A stretch of 64,000 bases of DNA, from positions 1 through 64,000 of IMG/VR virus record IMGVR_UViG_3300032332_000934. The stretch is one strand, 5' to 3'. The translations under genes were made by a program, and so were the position numbers. Shown piece by piece: positions 10,401-19,744 of this stretch. A model generated the notes under the pieces. The model searched no databases and was not told the DNA's origin. It worked only from the letters and a program-made list of their open reading frames with translations. The stretch comes from a virus (lineage: Duplodnaviria > Caudoviricetes). How positions within the stretch are numbered: position 1 is the first letter of the stretch; the number at the start of each line of letters is the position of its first letter.

Positions 10401-10427
10401 AAAAAGCCCCAGAAATGGGGTTTTTTT
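10401..10427 (+). terminator. Intrinsic terminator, probably bidirectional
   Basis: AAAAAGCCCC-agaaat-GGGGTTTTTTT. Confidence 0.8.
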
Positions 10428-10450
10428 ATTATAGGTGGTATAATTAGTAA

Positions 10451-10585
10451 ATGGCAAGAGATCATTTTAAACAAGTTATGTCTCGTCCTTATTTTGCTGA
10501 TTTTAATAACAACAATAAGCACGAGTGTAAATCATGGTTTTGCAAATTTGAAAATTTTTTAGATAGGTTTTTTAGGAGGAAATAA
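10451..10585 (+). CDS. Small leaderless hypothetical protein (44 aa)
   Basis: TGGTATAAT 6 nt before ATG; stop overlaps the next start. Confidence 0.55.
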   Translation: MARDHFKQVMSRPYFADFNNNNKHECKSWFCKFENFLDRFFRRK

Positions 10586-11421
10586 TGTTTTACGATAAAC
10601 CAGAATGTGAAACAATTGTTACAACAATTGATGACTACGGTACAAAAACTGGTGTTTTTGTTTTTAAAAAAATAATTCCAGAAAGCATATTAGAGTCTGT
10701 TAGAGATCAGCTATCTAAAGAATCAGAAATAACAACACAGTACGAAGAAACATTAATTGACTGGTATTCTGAAAAAACAACAAATGCAATTGGCGGAATT
10801 ATTGATATTTGGGAATACATATCTGAATTAATATATCCAGAGTATGTCATACACCCATCAAGAAACTTTTTAAAAGTTAAACCTGGGGATAACGGAATGT
10901 TTATACACTCAGATTCTCCTGGAAAAAACTCATGTCATTTGCTTTCACAACCAGATGTTTTTCAAACTTGTTGCATAATTGATTATGGATTAGTTGCATA
11001 CTTTGGTAAATTTGAAGGTGGTGCTGTATTTTATCCAAACTTTAATCCAGATGGCACTAAGAAAACAACAAACTTTGATGGTCCCTGTTTAGAGTACCAG
11101 CCTGAAGAAGGAGATGTAATTATACATGGTGCCTTTGCAGACTATGCACACGGAGTTAGAGAAGTTACTTCTGGAACTAGATACGCATTTTCAAACTTTG
11201 TCTTAAAAGCAGAAGATAACCCAGGAACATTTTATAATTATAAGAGTGATGAGTATTACAAGCAAATTGGAGACAAATCTGAGGCACATGAGCTTGAATG
11301 GATGAAGCCTTTAATTCAGAATCCTCAATTTACTAAAGAAAAAATTAAAGAGATGCAAGCTTCTGGCTTAAAAGGAAAAGAACTTGCTGCTGAATTTTTT
11401 AAAGATATGATTCCTGAGTAA
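10585..11421 (+). CDS. 2OG-Fe(II) oxygenase (prolyl-hydroxylase-like)
   Basis: HSD...FEGG...GDVIIH...HGV..VTSGTRY facial-triad pattern. Confidence 0.85.
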   Translation: MFYDKPECETIVTTIDDYGTKTGVFVFKKIIPESILESVRDQLSKESEITTQYEETLIDWYSEKTTNAIGGIIDIWEYISELIYPEYVIHPSRNFLKVKPGDNGMFIHSDSPGKNSCHLLSQPDVFQTCCIIDYGLVAYFGKFEGGAVFYPNFNPDGTKKTTNFDGPCLEYQPEEGDVIIHGAFADYAHGVREVTSGTRYAFSNFVLKAEDNPGTFYNYKSDEYYKQIGDKSEAHELEWMKPLIQNPQFTKEKIKEMQASGLKGKELAAEFFKDMIPE

Positions 11422-12181
11422 TATAGTTAGATAATCTTTTATTAAAAATAGGTGATTGATCAGCTCTGTAAAAAAACATTTCTTCTTTCATTTTATAATC
11501 TGGCTCTTTAGGCATTTTCAATGCAGATTGTTTTTTTTGAAAATAAGAATTATCTAAAATAAACTCATCAAATAAATTTTTAGGCAAGTACTTTACCATG
11601 TCTATAGAGCCTTGATAAGACCATCTCTCCCCAGAAGTTATTGGCTCTACTCCGTGAACAATTTGAACATTGTGAAGAATCATATCGCCAACAGAAGGTT
11701 TATACTTAAAATTGTATTCTGGATAAGATATGCTTCCTCCTTCAAAATCTTCTGAAAAATAAATTACAAACGACATGTAAGAGGTATCTATTTTTTCCAA
11801 GTCTTTATTGTATTTTACTGTAGATAAATCCATATATTTGTTTAAATAATTATATATATCTATATGAAATTTATCTTCATCGTTGTCTGATCTTAAAACT
11901 AACTTATCCCAACCACCATTAACGCTGTTATCTTTAACATTATCCTGGCCGTCAAAGTTAATTAAATCTAAAAGTCTTTGTTTATATTTTATTAGTATGC
12001 TAGTCCTATACTGTTTGCCTTCAGCTTCTTTATCTAGCTTTGCATCCTCTACAAGCTCTTGACACTCTTCTTTAGACAAAAAACTTTTACACAAATATAT
12101 TTCATCGTGAATTTTTTCAAATCTTTTATTAGATAGGACCTTACTATTTAAATATAGTATATCTTGATCTATATTAATCAT
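11399..12181 (-). CDS. 2OG-Fe(II) oxygenase
   Basis: HID...FEGG...PSVGDMILH..HGV..ITSGERW. Confidence 0.85.
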   Translation of the reverse strand: MINIDQDILYLNSKVLSNKRFEKIHDEIYLCKSFLSKEECQELVEDAKLDKEAEGKQYRTSILIKYKQRLLDLINFDGQDNVKDNSVNGGWDKLVLRSDNDEDKFHIDIYNYLNKYMDLSTVKYNKDLEKIDTSYMSFVIYFSEDFEGGSISYPEYNFKYKPSVGDMILHNVQIVHGVEPITSGERWSYQGSIDMVKYLPKNLFDEFILDNSYFQKKQSALKMPKEPDYKMKEEMFFYRADQSPIFNKRLSNYITQESYL

Positions 12182-12190
12182 AACAATCCT

Positions 12191-12226
12191 AAAAGTGCGG
12201 CGAAAAGTGAGCCGAAAAGTAGAGAC
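12191..12226 (+). repeat. 12-bp-period AAAAGT repeat; left arm of a long-range inverted repeat
   Basis: AAAAGTGCGGCG AAAAGTGAGCCG AAAAGTAGAGAC; a near-identical reverse complement lies at 27622-27652. Confidence 0.75.
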
Positions 12227-12232
12227 ATGATA

Positions 12233-12496
12233 TTATAAGTTGACATATTTACCCATGTGAGTAAAATCGTGCGGAAGCTTTTCATTTAAGCATTGAGAAC
12301 ATAGAAATTTAATGCTTTCTAATTGAACTCCGCCTCTTATAGAACAAAATCGGGATTCGCATTTATGTGGATCATTTAAATCTTTAGAGCTTTCCAACTT
12401 AATAGTTAACTTGACATATGCGTCTTCATCGCAATATTCACATTTGCCTTCTTCTTGGTTTAAACCAGTTAATATGCTGTATTTACTCATCTGCAA
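12233..12496 (-). CDS. Cys-rich hypothetical protein
   Basis: CxxC pairs. Confidence 0.55.
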   Translation of the reverse strand: MQMSKYSILTGLNQEEGKCEYCDEDAYVKLTIKLESSKDLNDPHKCESRFCSIRGGVQLESIKFLCSQCLNEKLPHDFTHMGKYVNL

Positions 12497-12695
12497 TAAT
12501 CTTCCTTATCATCTCAATGTAAGCTAGGGTTTCTTCCTCAGTAGGCCCTTTTATATATTCTTCTACTGGTAGACCAGCCCATAGAATAAAAAGAAGGGCG
12601 GAAAGAGGAACATCGTAAGCTATCATTTTACTATTATACTCTACATATGAACTAGACATGTTTTCCTTCAGACAAATCCTTTTTAATAGATTCAA
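12483..12695 (-). CDS. Hypothetical protein
   Basis: ORF track; true start probably the internal MSSSY. Confidence 0.5.
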   Translation of the reverse strand: MNLLKRICLKENMSSSYVEYNSKMIAYDVPLSALLFILWAGLPVEEYIKGPTEEETLAYIEMIRKIIADE

Positions 12696-13275
12696 TAAGC
12701 TTTTCTTTTTTCTCTACAGCATCTAGCAATCCATTATAAATCACTAAAGGGAGGGTCATAAATATAAGAGATCCTCTTCTGCTTAAAGGAAAGGTTTCAT
12801 GAAGAGTCATTCCTCTCATATAAAGAAGATCACCTGGTTCTAATATAACTTTATGTTCTGTCTGATTAATATCATTTGGGTCAACCAATGTCCACTCTAC
12901 TCTGCCAAAACAATTTATATGAATGACATCTGCTTCATCATTATGCAACAAAGCATGGGTCGTATTAATTGATTTATCTCCAGTTTGCATTAGGCTAATA
13001 TAATAGTTGTTGATATTACCGTACAATCTAGATAGATCTTTTACAACTTTATCCCAGCCAGGAAAGTATTTAAGATCTGAATCTTCTATTGATAGCCTTG
13101 GACTTCTCCAACAGCTTCTATTCCAATCAGTAATTTTTTCATCTATATATATATAATTACAGTAATCTAAAAACATTTCAGGAGTTATTTCAAAATCAAT
13201 ACTGTTTTTTAAAACAGAAAATGGGAGATCTTGAATTTTTGCTTCAAGTACATGTTTAACTATTTTGCTAACCAT
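12652..13275 (-). CDS. JmjC/cupin-fold oxygenase-like protein
   Basis: HND..DVIHINCFG.VEW...LEPGDLLY..G..HET; paralog of 48574..49179. Confidence 0.75.
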   Translation of the reverse strand: MVSKIVKHVLEAKIQDLPFSVLKNSIDFEITPEMFLDYCNYIYIDEKITDWNRSCWRSPRLSIEDSDLKYFPGWDKVVKDLSRLYGNINNYYISLMQTGDKSINTTHALLHNDEADVIHINCFGRVEWTLVDPNDINQTEHKVILEPGDLLYMRGMTLHETFPLSRRGSLIFMTLPLVIYNGLLDAVEKKEKLIESIKKDLSEGKHV

Positions 13276-13292
13276 ATAAGTATTATACTCTA

Positions 13293-13308
13293 TGTTTCAC
13301 GTGAAACC
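13293..13308. promoter_or_regulatory. parS: parS site (ParB-binding palindrome)
   Basis: TGTTTCACGTGAAACC: perfect 14-bp palindrome GTTTCACGTGAAAC, 15/16 match to the bacterial parS consensus TGTTTCACGTGAAACA. Confidence 0.8.
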
Positions 13309-13435
13309 AATTAGGACTATATGTTAAGCAAAAAAAAGATTGATAGAGCAAAGAAGCATAGGGCAATAAATCTAATCTTCTTTTTTCTTGGCCATTCATC
13401 TGGCACTCTTACATTATCCATATTCTACTCCTTTG

Positions 13436-13510
13436 TAGGCCTATTGGGATTTGAACCCAAAGTCGATTGCATATAAGACAATTGCTTTAACCAGATTAAG
13501 CTATAGGCCC
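13436..13510 (-). tRNA. tRNA-Ile(UAU)
   Basis: Acceptor GGGCCTA/TAGGCCT-A, anticodon arm ATTGT-CTTATAT-GCAAT, T arm GGTTCAAATCC. Confidence 0.85.
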
Positions 13511-13594
13511 TTATATTAGCCTATTATCTGATAACATATGCCAAGAATAGTAGTCATTACTGTGACTATGATAATGGCATATAGTGTCTTAATT

Positions 13595-14278
13595 TTAGAA
13601 TTCCCCCGCTTTTTCTTTTTGTAATTCTTTATTTCTTAGTTGACTATAAATTTTATAATCAATACTATTATACCTTTTAATTTCTTCTTTTTCATCTTCT
13701 GTTAATGAATTGTAAAGAGTATTTGAATCACCATTAGAATATTTATATTTGTCGACATTTCCTACTTCTATATACTTTAGATCTAGATCATCAGCCAAAG
13801 TGTGAGCTATTTGTTGAATGTTATATCTAAGCAAATCTTGGCTGACTAATAGATCTATTCTATCAATTCGCTCTTGTAGTAAATTTTCATCTATTAACAT
13901 TATATCTTTATTAAAATGTTCACCTTTAGCGTAATTAAAATTTTGTCCAGAAAACAATAGATTTTGAGATTGAAAATTATGAAGCTGTTTTGTATTTCTA
14001 TAGTAATCTAGAAATTGTGACTTTACATCAGTCCCGTTTTTTTCTTTATTTATAAAGTGTAAGTAGAATCCACAGGAATGTTTTACTGGATCTCTTAATA
14101 TGCAAATGATATAGGTTTTATTATCAATAAAATCAGACCATTCATTGTGTTTGCCTACAATTTCTAAATTTTTATTTAGCAATGGGTTTAAGACATATTC
14201 TTTTAGCGCTCTTCCACCAGTTCCAGCTATATGTAGAAAGTAAATGTTTCTATTTTCATCAACCATTCCTTCATCCAC
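13595..14278 (-). CDS. Sulfotransferase family protein
   Basis: YFLHIAGTGG (PAPS loop), ILRDPV, NFQS and NSIDYKIY motifs. Confidence 0.8.
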   Translation of the reverse strand: MDEGMVDENRNIYFLHIAGTGGRALKEYVLNPLLNKNLEIVGKHNEWSDFIDNKTYIICILRDPVKHSCGFYLHFINKEKNGTDVKSQFLDYYRNTKQLHNFQSQNLLFSGQNFNYAKGEHFNKDIMLIDENLLQERIDRIDLLVSQDLLRYNIQQIAHTLADDLDLKYIEVGNVDKYKYSNGDSNTLYNSLTEDEKEEIKRYNSIDYKIYSQLRNKELQKEKAGEF

Positions 14279-14861
14279 TATATACCTTCTTTCTGTTTGT
14301 TTTTAATGATTTATCTGGGGATATTAGATTTTAGGAAAGCCCCCCTACCCCCCAAATTTTTTCTTTTTGGAAAGATAGAGAAAGCAGTTCCTGGAACACA
14401 TATTCACAGATATTATCTGGTACATATTGAGTTTCAGGGTAAGCCCCCCACAAAGCAAACTAAGTGTAGCATTTAAAATTTATCGAAGTCAAGACATTGT
14501 GCTAATTTTTTTTACATGTGTTTCGCAAAGGTTGTATTTTATACCCTTGTTGTTGATCATACTTGTATATGCGTATTTATCGCAAAATGAACATGTCATA
14601 GCTCTATTGTACCACCGCTTTATATTTCAGTCGACTGCTTTTTAGGATTTAAGAAAATGTTAATATATTTTTTACATGTATGATACACACCATGGACAAA
14701 ACGGACATTTTGGATAGTGCGCCCATAATTCTTTGAGCCTTGAGCGTGAGTGTGAGCCTTATCACAAAGATTTATTTGCAACACGCCCGAGATGTGCCTC
14801 AATTTGTCAGTCCCCCATGCTATGCTTAAGGTATAACAAACAAACGAAAGGTACTCATCTA

Positions 14862-15035
14862 ATGAATACACTAAATAGAATAAAGGCAGAGCAAGACCTT
14901 GCTCGCCACATAGCGCATGAAAAGGCTATGGCTAAGGCTCCTCACATCAGAGAGAGCGTTCAGGCGTATCGTAACGCCACCCCTGAGCAACTGGCTCAGG
15001 TAGAGGCACTACGCAAGCGAGTGTATGGCTTCTAA
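14862..15035 (+). CDS. Early hypothetical protein
   Basis: Promoter and AACGAAAGG RBS; ATG at 14862. Confidence 0.7.
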   Translation: MNTLNRIKAEQDLARHIAHEKAMAKAPHIRESVQAYRNATPEQLAQVEALRKRVYGF

Positions 15036-15138
15036 GGTGTGACACAACTCACACCCCACAGGGTGCGTGTCGGCTTGATAATGTCAGCCCAATAGGCTAC
15101 AATTCCATTATAACCAACTAACGAAAGAAGAACAGTAA

Positions 15139-15288
15139 ATGACAATCACATACACAATCTGGGACGGCTCACAATTCCTCGGATTTCAAACCGCTAATAG
15201 CGTAGATGAGATGACTAAGACAGTTAAAGATTTACAAAAGATTTCTAAAAATGTAATAGCACACTTGCGAAAGGTAGAAACTAACTAA
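15139..15288 (+). CDS. Early hypothetical protein (49 aa)
   Basis: Manual translation MTITYTIWDGSQFLG...; TAATG-coupled to the next ORF. Confidence 0.65.
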   Translation: MTITYTIWDGSQFLGFQTANSVDEMTKTVKDLQKISKNVIAHLRKVETN

Positions 15289-15401
15289 TGACACTAGATG
15301 AATACAAACAAATGGTGGAGGCGCAACGCCTCGCCTCTCTAGCCATAGCACTAGAGGCACTTACTAAATCAGAGACTATTGCTAAGGAGATGAATAAGTA
15401 A
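15288..15401 (+). CDS. Early hypothetical protein (37 aa)
   Basis: TAATG-coupled on both sides. Confidence 0.55.
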   Translation: MTLDEYKQMVEAQRLASLAIALEALTKSETIAKEMNK

Positions 15402-15583
15402 TGTCATACGCATACTCATACGAGAATAACAGCGTATCTAAATGGGATACTATCCAAGAAGATGTCGCAGACGCATACACATACCTTGATGAGGTAGATG
15501 AGGAACAACCTCCACTAGATGAGTTTAATGATGAAGATACAGACGAACTAGCAAAACTATACGCACTATCATGGGAAAACTAA
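15401..15583 (+). CDS. Highly acidic small protein (possible DNA mimic or host-factor inhibitor)
   Basis: D/E-rich 60-aa protein; AAGGAG RBS. Confidence 0.6.
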   Translation: MSYAYSYENNSVSKWDTIQEDVADAYTYLDEVDEEQPPLDEFNDEDTDELAKLYALSWEN

Positions 15584-15908
15584 TGAATAGACTACTAACT
15601 ACCCTAGTACAGATAGCCCTTCTAGTACCCGCCCTATACATGGGGCGCATGATGTGGCGTGAGATCGTAGCGGATTACCAAGAGTGGGCTAAATCACACT
15701 AGCCTAACGGCGTGTCGACTTGACATTGTCAAGCTGGCCCGCAAAAGAGCGGGGTTATCCACAGGCTTACGGGCATCTGTGGAAAACCCCTAGATTTATG
15801 TGAGATTTATCACATGACCTGAGCGTCTCACATTTTGGAATTACTCGCTAGTAAGTAGCCAAATGTCAGCCCCTTAGTGTACAATTCCTACTATAACGAA
15901 AAAGAAAG

Positions 15909-16094
15909 GTGGTCACCATGACTACACTAAACACACTATGCAAGGCGCATGAGCCTCTTGTTTCCGCTATCTCCGAAATTGGAGATGAACAATTTACCCT
16001 ATGCATGATTTGCGATAGCAACATTGAGCGTTATTACTACGATAGCGACCCTGAGCAATTCCCTACATGGACAGATTGGTATGTGACTAAATGA
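15909..16094 (+). CDS. Early hypothetical protein (C/H Zn-binding-like)
   Basis: ORF track, promoter and RBS. Confidence 0.65.
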   Translation: MVTMTTLNTLCKAHEPLVSAISEIGDEQFTLCMICDSNIERYYYDSDPEQFPTWTDWYVTK

Positions 16095-16255
16095 GCACTT
16101 TTGTTCCGATTAAATCCGTATGTGGTGCGGTATCTACCACAATCGACATGTATGACTATGAATTAAACCCTCATGGTGTTATTTGTTGCGATAATTGCGA
16201 AAGCATTTTGTTATGCCGTAAGGCGTGGGATTTTCTATACAAGGGAGTTAAGTAA

Positions 16256-16453
16256 ATGGAAAAAACACAATTCGAAAAAGATTTAGAAATAAAAGAAAGT
16301 TTTATAGATTTACTTAATGATGTTTATCCTGATGTAAAGATTGGGTATTCAACTTTTACCGCCGCCGAGATTTTAGAATGTTGCGACCCAATCGCTTTTT
16401 CAATCGGTTTAATTGAACATGAAGATTATTTAGCAGAAATGGAAAATGAATAA
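16256..16453 (+). CDS. Early hypothetical protein
   Basis: ORF track; GGGAG RBS. Confidence 0.7.
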   Translation: MEKTQFEKDLEIKESFIDLLNDVYPDVKIGYSTFTAAEILECCDPIAFSIGLIEHEDYLAEMENE

Positions 16454-16779
16454 TGGATTTTTTTGGATTTGAAAAAGCAATTGAAATTGATCATCTTACC
16501 GATGAGCAAATCTTAAAGCTTGAAGAAATTTTTAAAGATTTCGAATAAGCAACGGTGTGTCGGCTTGACAAAAGCTGATGCGCCCGCAAAAGAGCGGGGT
16601 TATCCACAGGCTTACGGGACTTATCCACAACCCCTGGAATTTTCCGACACGCCCGAGATTTTGTGATTTTTATCACACGGCTTGAGCGTCTCAAAATGTG
16701 GAATTACTTGCCAGTAATGTGAAAATGTCAGTGCGTTAGGCTATAATTGCTACTATCAACAAACGAAAGGTGACAACTA

Positions 16780-16980
16780 ATGTCAGCAAATGTCTATTCC
16801 GTAGAAAACCTACTTGTAGGAAAAATCTATCACTCTCGCTCAGTAAATGGCGAAATTATTTCAGCCGAAAAAAATAATGATGTCTGGTATGCAAATGCAG
16901 ACACTTACAAGGTAGAAATTTCTCCACTTAATTTTGGAAAAAATACTTATCGCTATTTAGCAGTTAAGACAGGTGACTAA
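16780..16980 (+). CDS. Early hypothetical protein
   Basis: Promoter and AACGAAAGGTG RBS. Confidence 0.7.
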   Translation: MSANVYSVENLLVGKIYHSRSVNGEIISAEKNNDVWYANADTYKVEISPLNFGKNTYRYLAVKTGD

Positions 16981-17290
16981 ATGATTAAAGATTATTTAGA
17001 TGAAACCGAATTCTATTTTATTAAAGATGAACAACATTTTTGTTGTGATGAAAGCCAATTTGTTTATGTGTGCAAGACACACGGCGAACAAATGGATTGC
17101 TATTATTGCGGATTTAACTATGATGAGAATTGCGAGGAACAACACTAATGATTAACTCAGTATTAACAATAGAGTGCCAAGATTGCTTAGGTCACGGAGT
17201 AATTTTTTTTGGTAATGATAATGATTTCGATTGCGAACCTTGCGATTGTGTAAATGACGGCTCACTATTTTGGAACGGAGAAAATAACTA

Positions 17291-17497
17291 ATGTATAAAC
17301 TAACTTGCGCTTATGACGGCAACGCACCACATTGGACAGTGGAATACGAAAACGAATACGGGGCTTGGGAAAACTTTTTCCTATTCACCGATTGGGGATT
17401 TGCTGACGAATACTCAACAGTTAATCTTTATACACCAGCAGGCAAATGCCATACAAAAGTTTTTTATCGTGCAGGACGAAAGGTCGTAATTAAATAA
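17291..17497 (+). CDS. Hypothetical protein with TDWGFA motif
   Basis: Homologous to the middle part of 42875..43387. Confidence 0.75.
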   Translation: MYKLTCAYDGNAPHWTVEYENEYGAWENFFLFTDWGFADEYSTVNLYTPAGKCHTKVFYRAGRKVVIK

Positions 17498-17660
17498 TGG
17501 AACACTACGAATTCAATGCTTTCATAACTGTTGAGGCAGAGTCTTATGATGAAGCCATAGATGTATTTCAGTTTCAGTTAAAGTACGGAATAAATAAAGA
17601 CAATGTTTATGTCGCAGACATAAATCAACTAACTAATAACGAAAGTGTGGAAGTATAAAA

Positions 17661-17852
17661 ATGATGACTCGTAAAGATTATGTTGCTGTTGCAGAAATTC
17701 TAAATTTCGCAAGCGATAAAATTCACCCAGCACTATTTTCTAAAATGGTAAATGATTTTGCAGTTATGTTCGCAAAAGATAATGACCGATTTGATGTAAA
17801 TCGTTTTCATGAAGCGAGTGGCTATCATGTCACAAAACTCACTTCGAGATAA
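17661..17852 (+). CDS. Hypothetical protein with DNxRFDxxRF motif
   Basis: Homologous to the C-terminus of 42875..43387. Confidence 0.75.
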   Translation: MMTRKDYVAVAEILNFASDKIHPALFSKMVNDFAVMFAKDNDRFDVNRFHEASGYHVTKLTSR

Positions 17853-18135
17853 AGTAAAACGAATTCAGGAATTGCGCCGCAGTAATGCGGCGCAACCTGT
17901 TCGTAATAAAAAGAAATATTTTAGAAAGATCAAACACAAAAATAAAAATGCAGAGTAGTGCATAGCTATGCAGCCCGCAATACTGCGGGGTTATCCACAG
18001 GCTTACGTGGGTTATCCACAACCCCCTGGATTTTGTGATTAATCTCACAAAAGCTGCGACACGCCGTAAATGGATTAGGTAATGTCAGTGGGATAGGCTA
18101 TAATACTCTTATACCAACAACGAAAGGCAATAAAA

Positions 18136-18339
18136 ATGATAGTAGAACATAATCTAAAATTCGTTACAGAGTTTAAGGACGGCCACCCAGTTACTCAGCA
18201 AGTGCAAATGCTTGATGAAGGCACTCGTGTATTTATGCTAGAGTCAATGCTAAAAGATTTAGTCGGTAGCCGACTACAACCTATCCTTGATGAAATAAAT
18301 GCAGGTGGGTCTTACGCAATTCTTAAGGTGGCAGAATAA
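18136..18339 (+). CDS. Early hypothetical protein
   Basis: Promoter and RBS. Confidence 0.7.
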   Translation: MIVEHNLKFVTEFKDGHPVTQQVQMLDEGTRVFMLESMLKDLVGSRLQPILDEINAGGSYAILKVAE

Positions 18340-18605
18340 TGGGATACAATACAGCGTTAGATTTATCTAATGAATTAGATTTAGAGGTAGCACTAGGTTA
18401 TCACTTACAAGGTAATCATTACCCACCCGTTCCGCTTTCTATGGTACAACCTTGTATTGAGGCTATTGACGCTTACTATGATGAGGATTATAATAAGTTG
18501 ATCGAAATGCCTGAAGGCGTATCTTATAAAGGTGACTCTCATGCGCCAGCGTGGGCTATTATCGAACAGCACCACTTAGACGCTTGGCTACCTGAAAGTG
18601 ACTAA
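18339..18605 (+). CDS. Conserved phage hypothetical protein (HLQGNHYPPVP)
   Basis: ORF track; coupled start. Confidence 0.7.
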   Translation: MGYNTALDLSNELDLEVALGYHLQGNHYPPVPLSMVQPCIEAIDAYYDEDYNKLIEMPEGVSYKGDSHAPAWAIIEQHHLDAWLPESD

Positions 18606-18701
18606 GGTCACACAATAACATTCTCAAATAGTGAGATAGGGCTAGACTAATGTCAGACCCCAATGCTATACTACAACCCTAACAAAGAAAAGAGGCAACA
18701 A

Positions 18702-18884
18702 ATGACAGTAAATGGATACACTTACAAGGTTGGCGATTTATTCACCACCCTAAAGTCAAAAAAGACAGGTGTGATTAAGGAAATCCACCCACAAACATCT
18801 GGCTCGGTGCGTGTGCTACTAGAAATGCCAACGAAAGAAACTCGTTGGACTTCGGTATCTGCTCAAACCTTACTAGGCGTATAA
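18702..18884 (+). CDS. Small SH3/KOW-like beta protein
   Basis: YKVGD...TGVIKEI...VRVLL...RWT pattern; AGAGG RBS. Confidence 0.55.
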   Translation: MTVNGYTYKVGDLFTTLKSKKTGVIKEIHPQTSGSVRVLLEMPTKETRWTSVSAQTLLGV

Positions 18885-18970
18885 TCTAAAAACAGGGGGG
18901 TCGCAGAAATGTCAGACCCTCCTGCTATAATTATTTAATCAAACCAACAAACAACGAAAGAAGGAAACAA

Positions 18971-19393
18971 ATGGCTAGAGGAAAAGCAATCTCAGTTAAA
19001 ATCGCAACACCAAAGGTAATCAAGGCACTAGAAACTGCACTAGCAAAGTTAGAAGCAGATTACACTTCACAAGAAGCAAACGAAGCAAAGTATGAAAAGT
19101 TACGCAAGGCTTGGCAAAAAGAGGTTAGCGATTTCGCAGTTGCTAACATCAAGAAGGCTGAGAACTTCCGCACTAACTATCGTTCTTGGAACAACACACT
19201 CAACATTGACTACGATTTGACAGTATCCGAAAAGGAAATGCCAAAAGAGCCTGAGAAGGACTTTGTAACAATGCACCGCCACTCATACTTAGAGCAGAAG
19301 CAGGAAATCGAAAATGCAATCCGTATTCTGAAAATGACAGATGAGGAAACAGTAAATACTTCAACCTACAATGCGGTTGCACAGTATCTCTAA
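18971..19393 (+). CDS. Early coiled-coil hypothetical protein
   Basis: Strong promoter and RBS. Confidence 0.8.
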   Translation: MARGKAISVKIATPKVIKALETALAKLEADYTSQEANEAKYEKLRKAWQKEVSDFAVANIKKAENFRTNYRSWNNTLNIDYDLTVSEKEMPKEPEKDFVTMHRHSYLEQKQEIENAIRILKMTDEETVNTSTYNAVAQYL

Positions 19394-19427
19394 ATAAAAT
19401 CGTTCTCGCATAACGATAAATTGCGAA

Positions 19428-19454
19428 CAACCTGAGTAAGTTGCTAAACTGCTC
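19428..19454 (+). ncRNA. Putative H-type pseudoknot element, copy 1
   Basis: CAAC-CTGAGTAA-GTTG-CTAAAC-TGCTC; covaries with copy 2. Confidence 0.55.
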
Positions 19455-19489
19455 TCCCTTCGGGGACAACTACTAACAAAGGTAACAAA

Positions 19490-19744
19490 ATGAAAAATCG
19501 TTTCAGAGTAGAAATCTATGATGCAAACAAGAGTAATGATTTAACAATCTATTCAGAGCAAGGTGTTGATAAGGAATACTTAACTGAATTAGCATTCTCT
19601 AATAGAGGAAATTTCTTGGGTGATGTACGTGCTTATGTCTATGATACATTGAAGAAGACTAAGACTACCGCTCTTTATCTTCCCGCCGAGGTTATTAACT
19701 TTAACCGTAAGAATCAATTGACTAGGGATGAGTTGGGTCTATAG
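19490..19744 (+). CDS. Early hypothetical protein
   Basis: ORF track; AAAGG RBS. Confidence 0.7.
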   Translation: MKNRFRVEIYDANKSNDLTIYSEQGVDKEYLTELAFSNRGNFLGDVRAYVYDTLKKTKTTALYLPAEVINFNRKNQLTRDELGL

